Shown: positions 39,021 to 49,235, numbered from the stretch's first letter. The stretch is 64,000 bases of DNA from Candidatus Latescibacterota bacterium (GCA_965248265.1 CBDFJF010000002.1:2272001-2336000), one strand, 5' to 3'. Program-made: numbers and translations. Notes: generated by a model not told the origin, from the sequence alone.

Positions 39021-39887
39021 TTATGCAAGCGCCTCGAAATACCTCTTCTCGCGCATCCAATCAATCCAGCGTTGACGTCTCGGGCGATTGTCGGGATTGG
39101 CTATCCAGTCCGGGTGGTACTCCGGTCTCAGCTTATCAAAGGTCTCCTTAGCGCGCGCCGCCCGAACCTTACGCGAAAGAAGCACTTGCTCGTTTATGGC
39201 TTCGTCTTCTTCAGGCGAAACGGCTTGCTTAATAAAAATCATCGATAACATGCGCCTACCATTTGACCCTCCTGTACTGGCATGCCAAACCCTGAAATCA
39301 AAGACAATAATATCGCCCGGATTCACGGAGCAGATAAAGGCGGGGACTTCACAAATATCGAAACCAGTGTCTGAATCTGAATCAGCATTAGTAACCTTAG
39401 TGTCCCGCTCGAGACCGTCATGCTTTGGTTTGCGCATTTCGATTTGCTTTATATCGTCATGCAGTGGGTAACTGTGTGATCCAGGGATTACGCGTAGGGC
39501 GCCATTATTGCCATTGAGCGGCTGTAAATAAGTGACCACCTTAATCCCGTGCATTCGTCGAAAATTGGAATCGGGATGCCAGGCTGTATCACCAGATTTA
39601 CTGGAAGCATTGCAGGAAATCCCGTAAAATCCATCCGTATATATTGAATCTACAATTTCGATTATCCGTGAATCTTCCAATAGCGATCCCGTAAATGGAG
39701 TATCCGGTCCAAGGTTGGGCCAGCTCATGGACAACAATTTTTCTGCTTTAGATTTTGCATCCGTGGTCGTCGCCAATTTAGCATCAAACTCTGCGTTTAA
39801 CTTGTGGACTTCCTCCACACTGAGAACATTCCTCAGGATGAGAACCCCAAAAGTATTGAAATAGCCGACTTGTGCCTGAGTAAGCAT
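39021..39887 (-). CDS. Phytanoyl-CoA dioxygenase (PhyH) family, low GC
   Basis: YFNTFG.LILRNV, WHPD, GALRVIPGSH, PGDIIVFD..VWHAS. Confidence 0.9.
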   Translation of the reverse strand: MLTQAQVGYFNTFGVLILRNVLSVEEVHKLNAEFDAKLATTTDAKSKAEKLLSMSWPNLGPDTPFTGSLLEDSRIIEIVDSIYTDGFYGISCNASSKSGDTAWHPDSNFRRMHGIKVVTYLQPLNGNNGALRVIPGSHSYPLHDDIKQIEMRKPKHDGLERDTKVTNADSDSDTGFDICEVPAFICSVNPGDIIVFDFRVWHASTGGSNGRRMLSMIFIKQAVSPEEDEAINEQVLLSRKVRAARAKETFDKLRPEYHPDWIANPDNRPRRQRWIDWMREKRYFEALA

Positions 39888-40114
39888 CTTTTTTAATAAA
39901 AACATGATAGGAAATCTGATTTTGACACGGTGTTGACGGAGCTTACGTTAACCTGGCACGCCCAGCTCGTCAACGGGTTGACTCCTTGTAAGTCGGTAGG
40001 GCTGCCGGCCCGGCCACCGGCGATCGCACCACCTCGGGCCTCGCCCCAGCCCGAGTTCGCAGCCTGAGGCCTCTTTCGATCGCCGCCAACGCCGGCCGCA
40101 CGGCCTCGTCGGGC

Positions 40115-40550
40115 TCAAGCGCCATTTCGAGCGCCTAACGTTGTCACACCACCCTCCCGCCAGACGGCGCACCCCAGCCATACCCAGGCAAGGCCTAATG
40201 GGACAGCCAGAAAGGCACGCCTATCCTGAGAACTGGTAAGAGTGAACAGCAGCGCGCCGACGATGAGCAGGGTAGCCGCCGCGCGCGGAAGCACTTTTGC
40301 CCGGAGGGTGGCGAGACCGAACAGGGCGAAGCCGGCGGTCAGTGTTCCGAGGGCCACCATGACGATCACAAAGGCGTTCTCGATGTCCAAGGCCTGTCCA
40401 AGGCGCGCAGCTCCCATTAGAGCGAGTCCAATCCATGGGAGGGCGAACCCTGCCTTTCCGACCAACCCCATCCGCTTGGCCTGCTGGAAATACGCGCCCG
40501 TTAGCCCGACCATGATCAGCGAAAGGAAAATCATGGCCAAGATGTTGAAG
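40115..40550 (-). pseudogene. Hypothetical membrane protein, probably 5' truncated
   Basis: Several hydrophobic segments (LFGLATLRAKVLPR, GLAWVWLG); 5' end collides with an opposite-strand fragment. Confidence 0.5.
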
Positions 40551-40609
40551 TTTCCCCATCCCCCTCTACCAATGCCGCCACGTGGAACGACGGGCAAAGA
40601 TGCATCACG

Positions 40610-41045
40610 CCAGTGCAAGAAGAACAACCCCGAGTTCGTGGATTGCGTCTTCTTCATACCTCATTCATCGTCACACGAGGGAGCAGTGTGCGTGGCTGCT
40701 GTTCAGAACGAGATACAAGACAACGGTCGCTGGTCTCCATCTTCCGAGGTGCGGCCAGTGCTGCAGAATGAGGTCGTAGCCGCTGAGGCGCGCGAAACAC
40801 GGGGCAAGTACTCCGACCTAAAGAACACGAAAACAAAGACCAAGACGAGCAACGCAGCAATCAATGATGCCGCGTACCAGATCACAATTGCCACACAAGC
40901 GATTGCGCGCCAGGCTAGTCAGTTCATGGGGAAACTCTCTGGATCCGCAACGGAGCCACCGCCGTGGACGACTCAGCTGTTCATGCCTGCCATAGTCACG
41001 TCTGCGCACCTCTTCGTATGCGACTACAGCCCCGATGACGTTGCG
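40610..41045 (+). pseudogene. Internal fragment of a hypothetical protein (possibly nuclease-like)
   Basis: Protein-like stretch QCKKNNPEFVDCVFF...AINDAAYQITIATQA...FMPAIVTSAHLFVCDY, lacking start and stop context. Confidence 0.4.
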
Positions 41046-41083
41046 CCACAGACTGACACAGGCTGCGATGGTGAGTGTCATGG

Positions 41084-43171
41084 TCAAACCTCCCCGTCAT
41101 CCGGGTCCCGCGCGGGATCGGGGCCACCGGGCACTCTGGATGTCCCGAAGTGGTCCGGATTGAAATACCAGATCATGCCCTTGTCCGCTCCGACCACGAC
41201 CTCCCATGCGCCGTCGCCGTCCCAATCCACGACGGCCGGATGGACACCGTGACGCCAGAACTCCAGTGGCTCGCCGTCATCGTCGAAGAGCAACACTTCC
41301 GGACGCTTGAACACAGGCTCGGTGTTCGCACCGGTATTCCGACACAACAGCAGGTAACTGGCCTTGAAGGCGCTGTGGTATTGCGGTCCGACACCCAGGA
41401 CCAGATCCCAGCGTCCGTCGCCGTTCCAGTCGACGACGTCAATCTTGGTGCGACCGCGACGATCGCCAAGCTGGCCGGCGAGGTGGACGCCGTGGGTCTT
41501 GATGATGTCACCGTCCTCGTAGCGCAGCTTTTCACCCGCCTGCAGACCGGGTAAGTCGTCCCGTCCGGTGCGGCGGAATATGGCCAGATCGAGGTCGCGG
41601 TCCATGGTCACCAGATCGGGCAGTCCGTCGCCGGTGAAGTCGGCGGCTCCGGGTCGCACGCGCCAAGGGCCCAACAGGGTCTCCTGTCCGCAGTGGAGAC
41701 GCAGCGGTGGGTGAAGCCGCGGCCGCTCGCGGGATCCACGGTTGGGGTACCAGTCGTACAATCCGATCATGTCGCCGACGATCAAATCGAGCAACCCGTC
41801 GCCGTCCCAATCCACGAGCAGTGGGTTGCTGTAACCGCCGTTGAAGCCGTCGCTGGGACCCTGTGATGAGCCCCAGTGGTGTCCGGCCGCGGGGTTGGGC
41901 TTGGCATAGCGCCTGATCTCCTCGTTGCCGACGCGCACCCGCTCCGGAGGCGCAAAGCGGAGCGGATCCGTGGAGAGGGTGCGGTACCAGAAGAGGTAAC
42001 CCTCCACGCCCCCGACAACCAGGTCGGCCATGCCGGTGCCGCGCCAGTCGCCGGTCGTTGGCACGCTGAACTGTCCGCCGTTCACGTGGGGATCGTACTG
42101 TTTGATCTTTCGGGGGTCGTCGTAGATTGGCCGGCCTTCGTCGTCGTCGCCCCGGTAACGGCACCAGTAGACGTTAGACGAGGTGTCAGTGGCGATCAGG
42201 TCGGCACGGCCCTCAACCACCAGGTCACCGGTGTCGATGGCCGTGAACGCAGCGTGGCGGGTGAAGGGCGCGCCCTGAAGCGAGAGCAGCTCGGTTATCT
42301 CACCCCAGGTGGGTACGTCGCCGGCCTCGATCAGCGGCAGGTGCCACAGGTCACCGTAGTAGCCGGTGGCCAGTAACCCCTTCGACGCGTCGTCAGGGTC
42401 GACGGCGCAGACGGTACCGCCGGCGTCCTCGAACGGACCATTCCCGGCGGGCACTTCGACACGCCCGGCGTGAGTGAACTCGAAGCGGCCGTCTGTTCCC
42501 GTGTTGCGGAACAGGTGCAGTGACCACGATGGGACCGGACCTTTCCAGCGACCGTCCCTGGTGTAGCGCTCGCGCATGTCCTCCTCATCGCCTCCACCAC
42601 GAGGGTTCACCTCCTGATCGATGACCTTGACGACCAAGTCGGCCAGTCCGTCGCCGTTCCAGTCGAACGCGGCCTGCTTCTTGTGCGTCTCAGTGAACTC
42701 CATGCCCACATAGTGCACGAAGTCGCCCTCCGTGCGATGCGAGGGTGTACCGTTGCTGGAAGATATCGCCATGATCGGACCGAAGCCGATCGAATTCGGC
42801 GCCACGATGGCCTCAACATGGCCGTCGCCGTTGAAGTCACCCTTGGTCAGCACCGTTCCGCACAGACCGGTATCGTCCTCCGGGTTGCGGTCTCGATGCG
42901 GCGCCCGCGAGGTCGCCCCCCACTGTAGACCGCGATCGACGATGGGCGTGCCGTTGGGCAGAGCGTCGATGACCTTGAAGGAGTAGAGGTCGGCGCTGGA
43001 ACCGATCAACTCGAGCCGGCCGTCGCCGTCGAGGTCGAAGATGTTGACGAGCAGGTGTCCGGAGCCTGAGCAGTAGATGAACAGGTCGCCCAACTGGCTC
43101 GGGTCGCCGAGGGTCAACGGGGCGCCGTCTCCGCTGTTGCCGGTGGGGATGGGACGTGGGAAGTCGGTCAT
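41084..43171 (-). CDS. FG-GAP/VCBS repeat beta-propeller protein
   Basis: Repeated DLDGDG, DFNGDG, DWNGDGLADL, DWDGDGLLDL, DFTGDGLPDL; RBS AGGAG. Confidence 0.88.
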   Translation of the reverse strand: MTDFPRPIPTGNSGDGAPLTLGDPSQLGDLFIYCSGSGHLLVNIFDLDGDGRLELIGSSADLYSFKVIDALPNGTPIVDRGLQWGATSRAPHRDRNPEDDTGLCGTVLTKGDFNGDGHVEAIVAPNSIGFGPIMAISSSNGTPSHRTEGDFVHYVGMEFTETHKKQAAFDWNGDGLADLVVKVIDQEVNPRGGGDEEDMRERYTRDGRWKGPVPSWSLHLFRNTGTDGRFEFTHAGRVEVPAGNGPFEDAGGTVCAVDPDDASKGLLATGYYGDLWHLPLIEAGDVPTWGEITELLSLQGAPFTRHAAFTAIDTGDLVVEGRADLIATDTSSNVYWCRYRGDDDEGRPIYDDPRKIKQYDPHVNGGQFSVPTTGDWRGTGMADLVVGGVEGYLFWYRTLSTDPLRFAPPERVRVGNEEIRRYAKPNPAAGHHWGSSQGPSDGFNGGYSNPLLVDWDGDGLLDLIVGDMIGLYDWYPNRGSRERPRLHPPLRLHCGQETLLGPWRVRPGAADFTGDGLPDLVTMDRDLDLAIFRRTGRDDLPGLQAGEKLRYEDGDIIKTHGVHLAGQLGDRRGRTKIDVVDWNGDGRWDLVLGVGPQYHSAFKASYLLLCRNTGANTEPVFKRPEVLLFDDDGEPLEFWRHGVHPAVVDWDGDGAWEVVVGADKGMIWYFNPDHFGTSRVPGGPDPARDPDDGEV

Positions 43172-43281
43172 GATCTCTCCTCGATTCGCAGTTTTCTGCC
43201 ACGTATCATAAACAGATGGACCTTCAGTCAGGAGAGTGAACCCGTGCCACTGACATCAACTCGTCGACGAAGTCCGCGGGT

Positions 43282-43371
43282 AGAATCGTCGCTGTTTACC
43301 GGATAGTCTTCGCGCAGGGCCCGGACGTTGGGGTCCATACTGAAGTCGGAGTAGATGTGTTGCTGCCAGTC
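43282..43371 (-). pseudogene. 90-bp shard of a GMC oxidoreductase paralogue
   Basis: DWQQHIYSDFSMDPNVRALREDYPVNSDDS versus DWQQQIYSDFSLDPNVRGRREDYPVNSDDS at 15348-15437. Confidence 0.85.
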
Positions 43372-43457
43372 GATCCCGCCACGGCCAGCCCCCTCAGATC
43401 ACCATCCACCATGGGCCCGAGACGCCCACCCACCTCCTGCTGCCGGTGTGTGCCTGA

Positions 43458-44408
43458 TCATCCCTCTATCGGAATGACCGGCTCGCCCCGGGTCTGTGTC
43501 CGCCACATGAAGCGAGTTTTCGTATTCTCCATCGGGCGGCGGGAATGTAGCAGCATCCGATTGTCCCAGACGACGACCTGGCCAAGTTGCCATTTGTGGC
43601 AGTAGCAGAACTGCTCCTGGGTGGCGTGGGCCCATAGCTCATCCAGCAACGCCTCGCTCTCTTCCAGTTCCATGCCGAGGATGTAGCCGTTGGTGCGGCG
43701 ACCCAGGAAAAGCGCCTCACAATCGGCGTCTTGTATTCGGCGCACCATGGGATGGGCATGGCCGAGGGCCTCCGCTGGCGACCCCGGGGCGCTCATGCCG
43801 GGTCGCAGGACGCCGCTGCTGCCGTAGGTGGAGTCGTGTTTGAGGCGCAGGCTCAGGACACGCTGTCTGAGATCGGCCGGCAACTGCTGTGCCGCCATCA
43901 CCTGGTTGCAGAAGTCGGTGTCGCCCCCTTCGTCGGGTACCTCGCGCGCGTGCAGCAGGCTGAACGTCGGAGGGACTTCCAGGTAGGACATGTCGGTATG
44001 CCATTCCCACTCGCCGAAGAACTTCGGATCGACGGACTCGGTTTCTAGGCTCTGTGGATCGAGGTTGCCGATGAAACCCAAGTACGGATCGATACCTTTA
44101 TCGCGTAGCGCCGCATCCTGCTCCTCGACGGACAGCTGCTGTTCCTCGGCAGATCCCTTCTTGCCGATTCCGTCGATCAATCCCGGAGCGTACTCGTTTT
44201 CGCCGAACACGGCGGTGAGGGCGTGGAGCTCTTCCGATTCCAGGAGCCTGCCGAAGGGGAAACAGAGAAGCCCCCGGGATCTCCGGTGGGCGTCCCGGAT
44301 TTCGACCTTCTCATCCTCCGAAACGGCTCCCGGGTCGACTCCCAAAATCTCGAGGCCGAATGGGGCTCCATCGATGGATCTAACCGTCAGTCGCGTATTG
44401 TCCGTCAT
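43458..44408 (-). CDS. TauD/TfdA family 2-oxoglutarate dioxygenase
   Basis: WHTDMSY, GGDTDF, HPMVR, WDNRMLLHSR. Confidence 0.92.
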   Translation of the reverse strand: MTDNTRLTVRSIDGAPFGLEILGVDPGAVSEDEKVEIRDAHRRSRGLLCFPFGRLLESEELHALTAVFGENEYAPGLIDGIGKKGSAEEQQLSVEEQDAALRDKGIDPYLGFIGNLDPQSLETESVDPKFFGEWEWHTDMSYLEVPPTFSLLHAREVPDEGGDTDFCNQVMAAQQLPADLRQRVLSLRLKHDSTYGSSGVLRPGMSAPGSPAEALGHAHPMVRRIQDADCEALFLGRRTNGYILGMELEESEALLDELWAHATQEQFCYCHKWQLGQVVVWDNRMLLHSRRPMENTKTRFMWRTQTRGEPVIPIEG

Positions 44409-44553
44409 GTTTGCGTCCGATGTTGGCGTTGCCTTTTGCTCAAGCCCGGCGACCTCGCCTTCAGGCGTAGGTGCCGTAGCGCTCTACCAACTCTATGGCA
44501 AATGACAGCCTCCTTGAGGTCGATTTTCTCCTCCAGTTCCACAGCGATGGCCC

Positions 44554-45921
44554 CTATGCCTGCCATCGCGTTTGTGCATTCCACTCTGCCAACCGCTCTT
44601 GCAGGTCCTCTTCCGGGTCGGCTCCTGAACCGAACAGATTGTGCTGCTGATAGGGATCGTCGCGCAGATCGTAGAATTGGCCGCCCTCCGCGGCGAAGGA
44701 ACGCAGGTCGCCATCCAGGACTCTGCCGTATAGATGCGTTGACGTGCGCAGGCCGATCTCGCACCTGGTCGTCTCGATAAAGGCGCCGTTCTCGGCCAGC
44801 TCCGCGCATTCGCCCCGCAGGATCGGTGCCAGCGAACGCCCCTGTACGCTGGTCGGCACCGACGCCCCGCACAGGTCCAGAATAGTCGGCATCACGTCGA
44901 TGGTCTGCGCCACTTGAGTGCTGTTCACCTTCGACCCGTGACCGCTCCGGAAGATCATGGGAATGCGGATAGACTCCTCGATGAGCAGCATCTTGTTGAA
45001 GCGGTGTTGGGAGCCCAGGTTGTCTCCGTGATCGGAGAGGAAGACCACGATCGTGTTGTCGGCCAGGCCGCTGGTTTCGATGCCGTTCAACAGCCGGCCC
45101 ACGGTATCGTCCACCCAGGTTGTCAATCCGTAGTAGAGGGCGACGAGATGCCGCAGGTCGAAGTTCTCTGGCAAGTACTCCGTATACGGCAGGTGCTGCT
45201 CGTAATACAGGAAGTCCCAAAGATATATCTTGAACAAGTGTTCGTTCCAAGGCAGCTCGCCGTCGATATACACATTGGGCCGGAGCGGTACTTCATCGGG
45301 GCCGTACATGTTCAGATACTTCTCCGGTGCATCGGCCAACGGCATATGCGGCGGCGATATGTTGTAGAACATGAAGAAGGGCCGTTCATGTTTCGCTTTT
45401 AGAAAAGCGCCCACGCGTTCGGCCTCGAAGTCTACGCTGAAACCCTCGACCACCTCGCCCAGTCCGGTGTTCTCGATGAAGGTCTGTCCGGTGTGGCGGT
45501 GATGGACACGTGGAAAGAGCGCGGAGTCGAAACCAACCAGGTGCGGCGCCGGATGCACGTGCCATTTGCCGAACAGGGCCGTCTCGTATCCCTGGGCGCG
45601 CAAGGCCTCGGCCACGGTCGTGTCGCGCAGCCAGGTGCGCTCCTGCAACGGGTACGCCCAATCTATGTTCGGGTCTTCCCAATACCCCGGCTTCAGGTGG
45701 TCCAGGAACCCCGTGCACGTGCGACTGAACTGGCCCGTCAACAGACAGGAGCGGGCCGGCATACACACCGGATTGTTGGTTGCGGCCAGTTCGAAACGCG
45801 TCCCTTGACTTGCGAGGCGGTCGATATGAGGCGTGCGGACGACCTCGTTGCCGTAGCACCCCACCTCGAAAGCACGCAACTGGTCGCATGTGCAAAGAAC
45901 GACGTTCGGTGCGTTTACCAT
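44554..45921 (-). CDS. Formylglycine-dependent sulfatase
   Basis: DQLR, TPHIDRLA, CMPARSCLLTG, GKWH, PPH, SDHG. Confidence 0.95.
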   Translation of the reverse strand: MVNAPNVVLCTCDQLRAFEVGCYGNEVVRTPHIDRLASQGTRFELAATNNPVCMPARSCLLTGQFSRTCTGFLDHLKPGYWEDPNIDWAYPLQERTWLRDTTVAEALRAQGYETALFGKWHVHPAPHLVGFDSALFPRVHHRHTGQTFIENTGLGEVVEGFSVDFEAERVGAFLKAKHERPFFMFYNISPPHMPLADAPEKYLNMYGPDEVPLRPNVYIDGELPWNEHLFKIYLWDFLYYEQHLPYTEYLPENFDLRHLVALYYGLTTWVDDTVGRLLNGIETSGLADNTIVVFLSDHGDNLGSQHRFNKMLLIEESIRIPMIFRSGHGSKVNSTQVAQTIDVMPTILDLCGASVPTSVQGRSLAPILRGECAELAENGAFIETTRCEIGLRTSTHLYGRVLDGDLRSFAAEGGQFYDLRDDPYQQHNLFGSGADPEEDLQERLAEWNAQTRWQA

Positions 45922-45989
45922 CTTCCTTCCGTCCTGTTCCAGTAGTCAGCAGCTGTAACGACTCGCAGACACGATAGCGCTCTCTGGGC

Positions 45990-46195
45990 TCCCGCATGCC
46001 GAAGCCGCGCAAGTATATGCGGGTGACGTTGTTGACGTTGCCGTAGAACGCGCGCACCTCCGGATCCGGGTCGTGGAAGAACATCGGCGGGATAATGGAA
46101 TCGTCGGCGAGATACGGACGATTGCGGTGGCCGTAGTAGGTTTGCACACTCTTGCGCACTTTCTCGGTCTCGCGGCCCGTGGCCGGTGCAGCACC
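45990..46195 (-). pseudogene. C-terminal fragment, probably PhyH-like dioxygenase
   Basis: HRATGRETEKVRKSVQTYYGHRNRPYL...PEVRAFYG; no N-terminus. Confidence 0.45.
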
Positions 46196-46357
46196 GACAC
46201 GCTAAATAGGCAAGCGCATAGTGAGGATAAAGGTCATAGTCGTGAGACGGATAGACAAGCGGTGACGTGTCAACACCAATCGTGGGCAAATGTCGGGTCT
46301 CCGTTCAGTTGAGGATAGGTGTGTAGGGACGGTTGTTCTTGAGGACACGGTTTGTGC

Positions 46358-46453
46358 CGCCACCGATCGAGTTCGCAGGCAACCGTCTGCTGCTGAACAT
46401 CGACTGCAGCGCCATGGGCGAAGCGTGGGTCGAGCTCCAGGACGAAAGCGGCA
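46358..46453 (+). repeat. About 95-bp near-identical inverted copy of 17549..17644 (GH32-like gene interior)
   Basis: PPIEFAGNRLLLNIDCSAMGEAWVELQDESG versus PPIEFAGNRLLLNIDCGAMGEAWVELQDEGG; about 3 nt differences. Confidence 0.9.
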
Positions 46454-46538
46454 GCGATGGCGGGGTGGTTGAAACTGCGCTGAAGGGGGATCTGCGAGTC
46501 CGGGAGATGGTCGTCAGGGGGATGATCATCTGGGATGA

Positions 46539-47288
46539 TTAGTCGAGCAAGCTCGACCGCAGTCGGGCAACTTCCTCTTTGCCGAGGCCAATCCTCTCTA
46601 CGTACTTGGCAATACCACCATACTTGGTCTGCATGTGCTCGAGAACAATCTCCATCGTCTGCTCCGCAGAATAGGCTCTGCTGAATTCCTCCAGAGTCGC
46701 CTCGCTACCGTGTTCGCGTCGAAAATCGTCGCGATCGCGGGGCCAGAGGTAGTGTGCACTCAGTGCGTAGTCCGCAACAATGGTTCCGTCGGGCACTCGG
46801 GCGAGACCAAGCAACAGTGCTGAGACGAGTCCGGTGCGATCCTTGCCGGCGGCGCAGTTGTAGAGCCCGGGCAGCGCCCCCGGTGCGGCGAAGACCCTGA
46901 GGGTCTCGAGCAACCTTTCCTGCCGTTCGTCTATCCAGTACTTGTAACTCTCAGCTGTCCTCAACTCGGAGGGAAGATCTGCTGGTGGTACGGCACGGGT
47001 TGTTCCCTCGATCAGTACATCGATGTGGACGTACGTCGGCGCCGACGTGGAGGAGGCAAAAACAGACGGTTGCTCAGCGAGCTCGCTCGGCAGTCTCAAG
47101 TCGACGATCGTCTGCAGGCCGAAATCGACGAGCGACTGCTGAGCCGCGGGCGTGAGCTTGTCCAGGCAAGCGGCGCGCAGGAAAACGCCCCAGTTCGTCT
47201 GGCCGCCGTCCACCGTGTCGTAGCCCCCGAGGTCCCTGATATTGTATCCACCTTCGAGGTCGAGATGTCTCTGTCCGTTGGTATGCAT
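46539..47288 (-). CDS. Tyrosine-protein phosphatase (Y_phosphatase3 type)
   Basis: NIRDLGGY, IVDLR, NCAAGKDRTG, DYALS. Confidence 0.92.
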   Translation of the reverse strand: MHTNGQRHLDLEGGYNIRDLGGYDTVDGGQTNWGVFLRAACLDKLTPAAQQSLVDFGLQTIVDLRLPSELAEQPSVFASSTSAPTYVHIDVLIEGTTRAVPPADLPSELRTAESYKYWIDERQERLLETLRVFAAPGALPGLYNCAAGKDRTGLVSALLLGLARVPDGTIVADYALSAHYLWPRDRDDFRREHGSEATLEEFSRAYSAEQTMEIVLEHMQTKYGGIAKYVERIGLGKEEVARLRSSLLD

Positions 47289-47302
47289 GTGGTAACTATC
47301 CC

Positions 47303-47554
47303 TTACTGGTGTGTGTTTGCGAGTGGACCGCCGACACGCTGCGCTCGGTCGCTATTCGAAGAGGAGCCACCCATAAATACATCGTCGAAGGAATCCTTGT
47401 AGATGGCCAGTTGCTTACGGCGAATATGGCGAACCTGGTTGACGCTGAGGCCGAAATGGTTGGCAATCTTCTGATTGATGCGGTGAGGATTCCACCGGTC
47501 CAAGATCAACTGCTGGATGATCTCGTGTTCCTGAGTGGTCAGTTCCTTGCCCAT
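47303..47554 (-). CDS. Short helix-turn-helix-like ORF, possibly a fragment
   Basis: NQKIANHFGLSVNQVRHIRRK. Confidence 0.4.
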   Translation of the reverse strand: MGKELTTQEHEIIQQLILDRWNPHRINQKIANHFGLSVNQVRHIRRKQLAIYKDSFDDVFMGGSSSNSDRAQRVGGPLANTHQ

Positions 47555-48081
47555 GCAACAAACTTAAAAAACGGGGACGTGCAGGAAAAGAAGGGCGAAG
47601 TGTATGGTTGTATGGGTGTGAGTGACTGCCCTCAAGGGCTGGCTCTCGAGTCCTGTCCGCTTCGCTGTTTCTTTGCGCTTTGCGAAGTTACCTCTGGATC
47701 ATCCAGCGCACGCAGCGCTCTCGCCCGAACCAGCTTCATCGCCGGGGTCGGTCCGAAACCTTGACCTCCGCAAACCAGCCCTCATGTCGGGGATGCAGCC
47801 TCTAACAGAGAGATCACCTGGTCGAAACTTTTGGCGTCAGCGGAGAGTTCGTGCGGATTCAGGGTATGTGGACCTTCACCCTACCGGGTTGCCCACCCCA
47901 AGCCGCCCACTCCAATGGGGATGACCCCGTCGACGTTTAGGAAGTACAAAGGCCCTTTTCGTGATCCACGAGTCCGGACGTGAGTATTTGGCGCCATTGG
48001 TGGGTAGGATCGGATTGATACTTCCCCAAGAGAGTGGACACCTCGAAGCGCCAAGTTAAATTTCTGGCAGGAGGTGTTCTT

Positions 48082-48369
48082 ATGTCACGCAAGTATGATC
48101 GTGAGTTTAAGCTCGAGGCCATTCGCCTGGCCGCAGAAGAAGGGGTATCGGCCCGAGGGGTCGAGCAACGATTGGGTTTAAGTGCAGGCATTATCAGTCG
48201 TTGGAAGAGAGAATTGAAGGTCCAAGGAGATGAAGCCTTCCCAGGTACCGGCCATTTAGGTGATCACGACGAGGAGGTCCGCCGTTTGCGGCGTGAGCTG
48301 GCGCGGGTGTCCCAGGAACGAGATATCCTAAAAAAGGCGGCGGCCTTCTTCGCCAACGAGTCCAGATGA
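48082..48369 (+). CDS. IS3 transposase OrfA
   Basis: RKYDREFKLEAIRL, ERDILKKAAAFFA; RBS GGAGG. Confidence 0.95.
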   Translation: MSRKYDREFKLEAIRLAAEEGVSARGVEQRLGLSAGIISRWKRELKVQGDEAFPGTGHLGDHDEEVRRLRRELARVSQERDILKKAAAFFANESR

Positions 48370-49235
48370 GGTATCGCTTCATCGAGGTGGAGAAGGCGAT
48401 GTACCCGGTCACTATGTTGTGTCGCGTGCTGCGGGTGTCGCGTAGCGGTTTCTACGCCTGGCAGCAGCGCCCGATCAGTCCTCGAGCTGAGCAGACTCGG
48501 CGACTGGATGTCGAGATCAACAAGTTGTTTGAAGCCAGCAAGCGGCGCTCCGGTAGCCCAAAGATCACCCGCGCCCTGATAGACGGAGGCTGGCAGGTGG
48601 GCGAGAATCGCGTTGCACGGCGCATGCGTGTGTTGGGTCTGCGTTCGATTGTGCGACGCCGTTTCAAGGTGACGACCAACTCGCAACATCGATTTGCGGT
48701 GGCGCCGAACCGTTTGCAGCGCGATTTCACCGCACAGCGCCCCAATCAAGTGTGGGTCAGCGACCTGACCTACCTCAGCGTCGGTCGCGGCTGGTTGTAT
48801 TTGGTCGTCGTCATCGACCTGTACTCCAGGCGCGTGGTGGGTTGGGCGTTGAGCTCGGCACTGGATCACCGCGTGGCGCTGGTCGCGCTGCAGCGGGCTG
48901 TAGCTCAACGTCGTCCGCCGAGGGGTCTGATCATCCATTCCGATCGCGGCGTTCAATACGCCTGCACCGCGTTCACTAACTGGGTCAGCAAACACGGCTT
49001 TGTGCAGAGTATGAGCCGTAAGGGCGACTGCTGGGATAACGCCGTGGCTGAGTCCTTCTTCCATCTGCTCAAGACCGAGTTGACCTACCACGAACACTGG
49101 CTCAACTACCGGGCCGCGTATCGCAGCCTGTTCGACTACATCGAGATTTTTTACAATCGAGAAAGGAGTCATTCCACCCTGGATTACGCAACACCCGCAG
49201 CATTCGAGCAGCATTCAACCAAACTTGCTGCTTGA
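48366..49235 (+). CDS. IS3 transposase OrfB (DDE)
   Basis: WVSDLTY, HSDRGVQY, SMSRKGDCWDNAVAESFF; ATGA overlap with orfA. Confidence 0.96.
   Translation: MRYRFIEVEKAMYPVTMLCRVLRVSRSGFYAWQQRPISPRAEQTRRLDVEINKLFEASKRRSGSPKITRALIDGGWQVGENRVARRMRVLGLRSIVRRRFKVTTNSQHRFAVAPNRLQRDFTAQRPNQVWVSDLTYLSVGRGWLYLVVVIDLYSRRVVGWALSSALDHRVALVALQRAVAQRRPPRGLIIHSDRGVQYACTAFTNWVSKHGFVQSMSRKGDCWDNAVAESFFHLLKTELTYHEHWLNYRAAYRSLFDYIEIFYNRERSHSTLDYATPAAFEQHSTKLAA

Noticed and set aside
40242-41252. 336-aa plus-strand ORF as one gene
   Set aside because: Its ends are antisense to the membrane-protein fragment and the FG-GAP gene; only the middle looks like genuine coding sequence
48264-49214. 316-aa minus-strand ORF and the many other long antisense ORFs (e.g. 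1176, 5383, 15564, 57664, 60898)
   Set aside because: Shadow frames of GC-rich genes with no recognisable motifs
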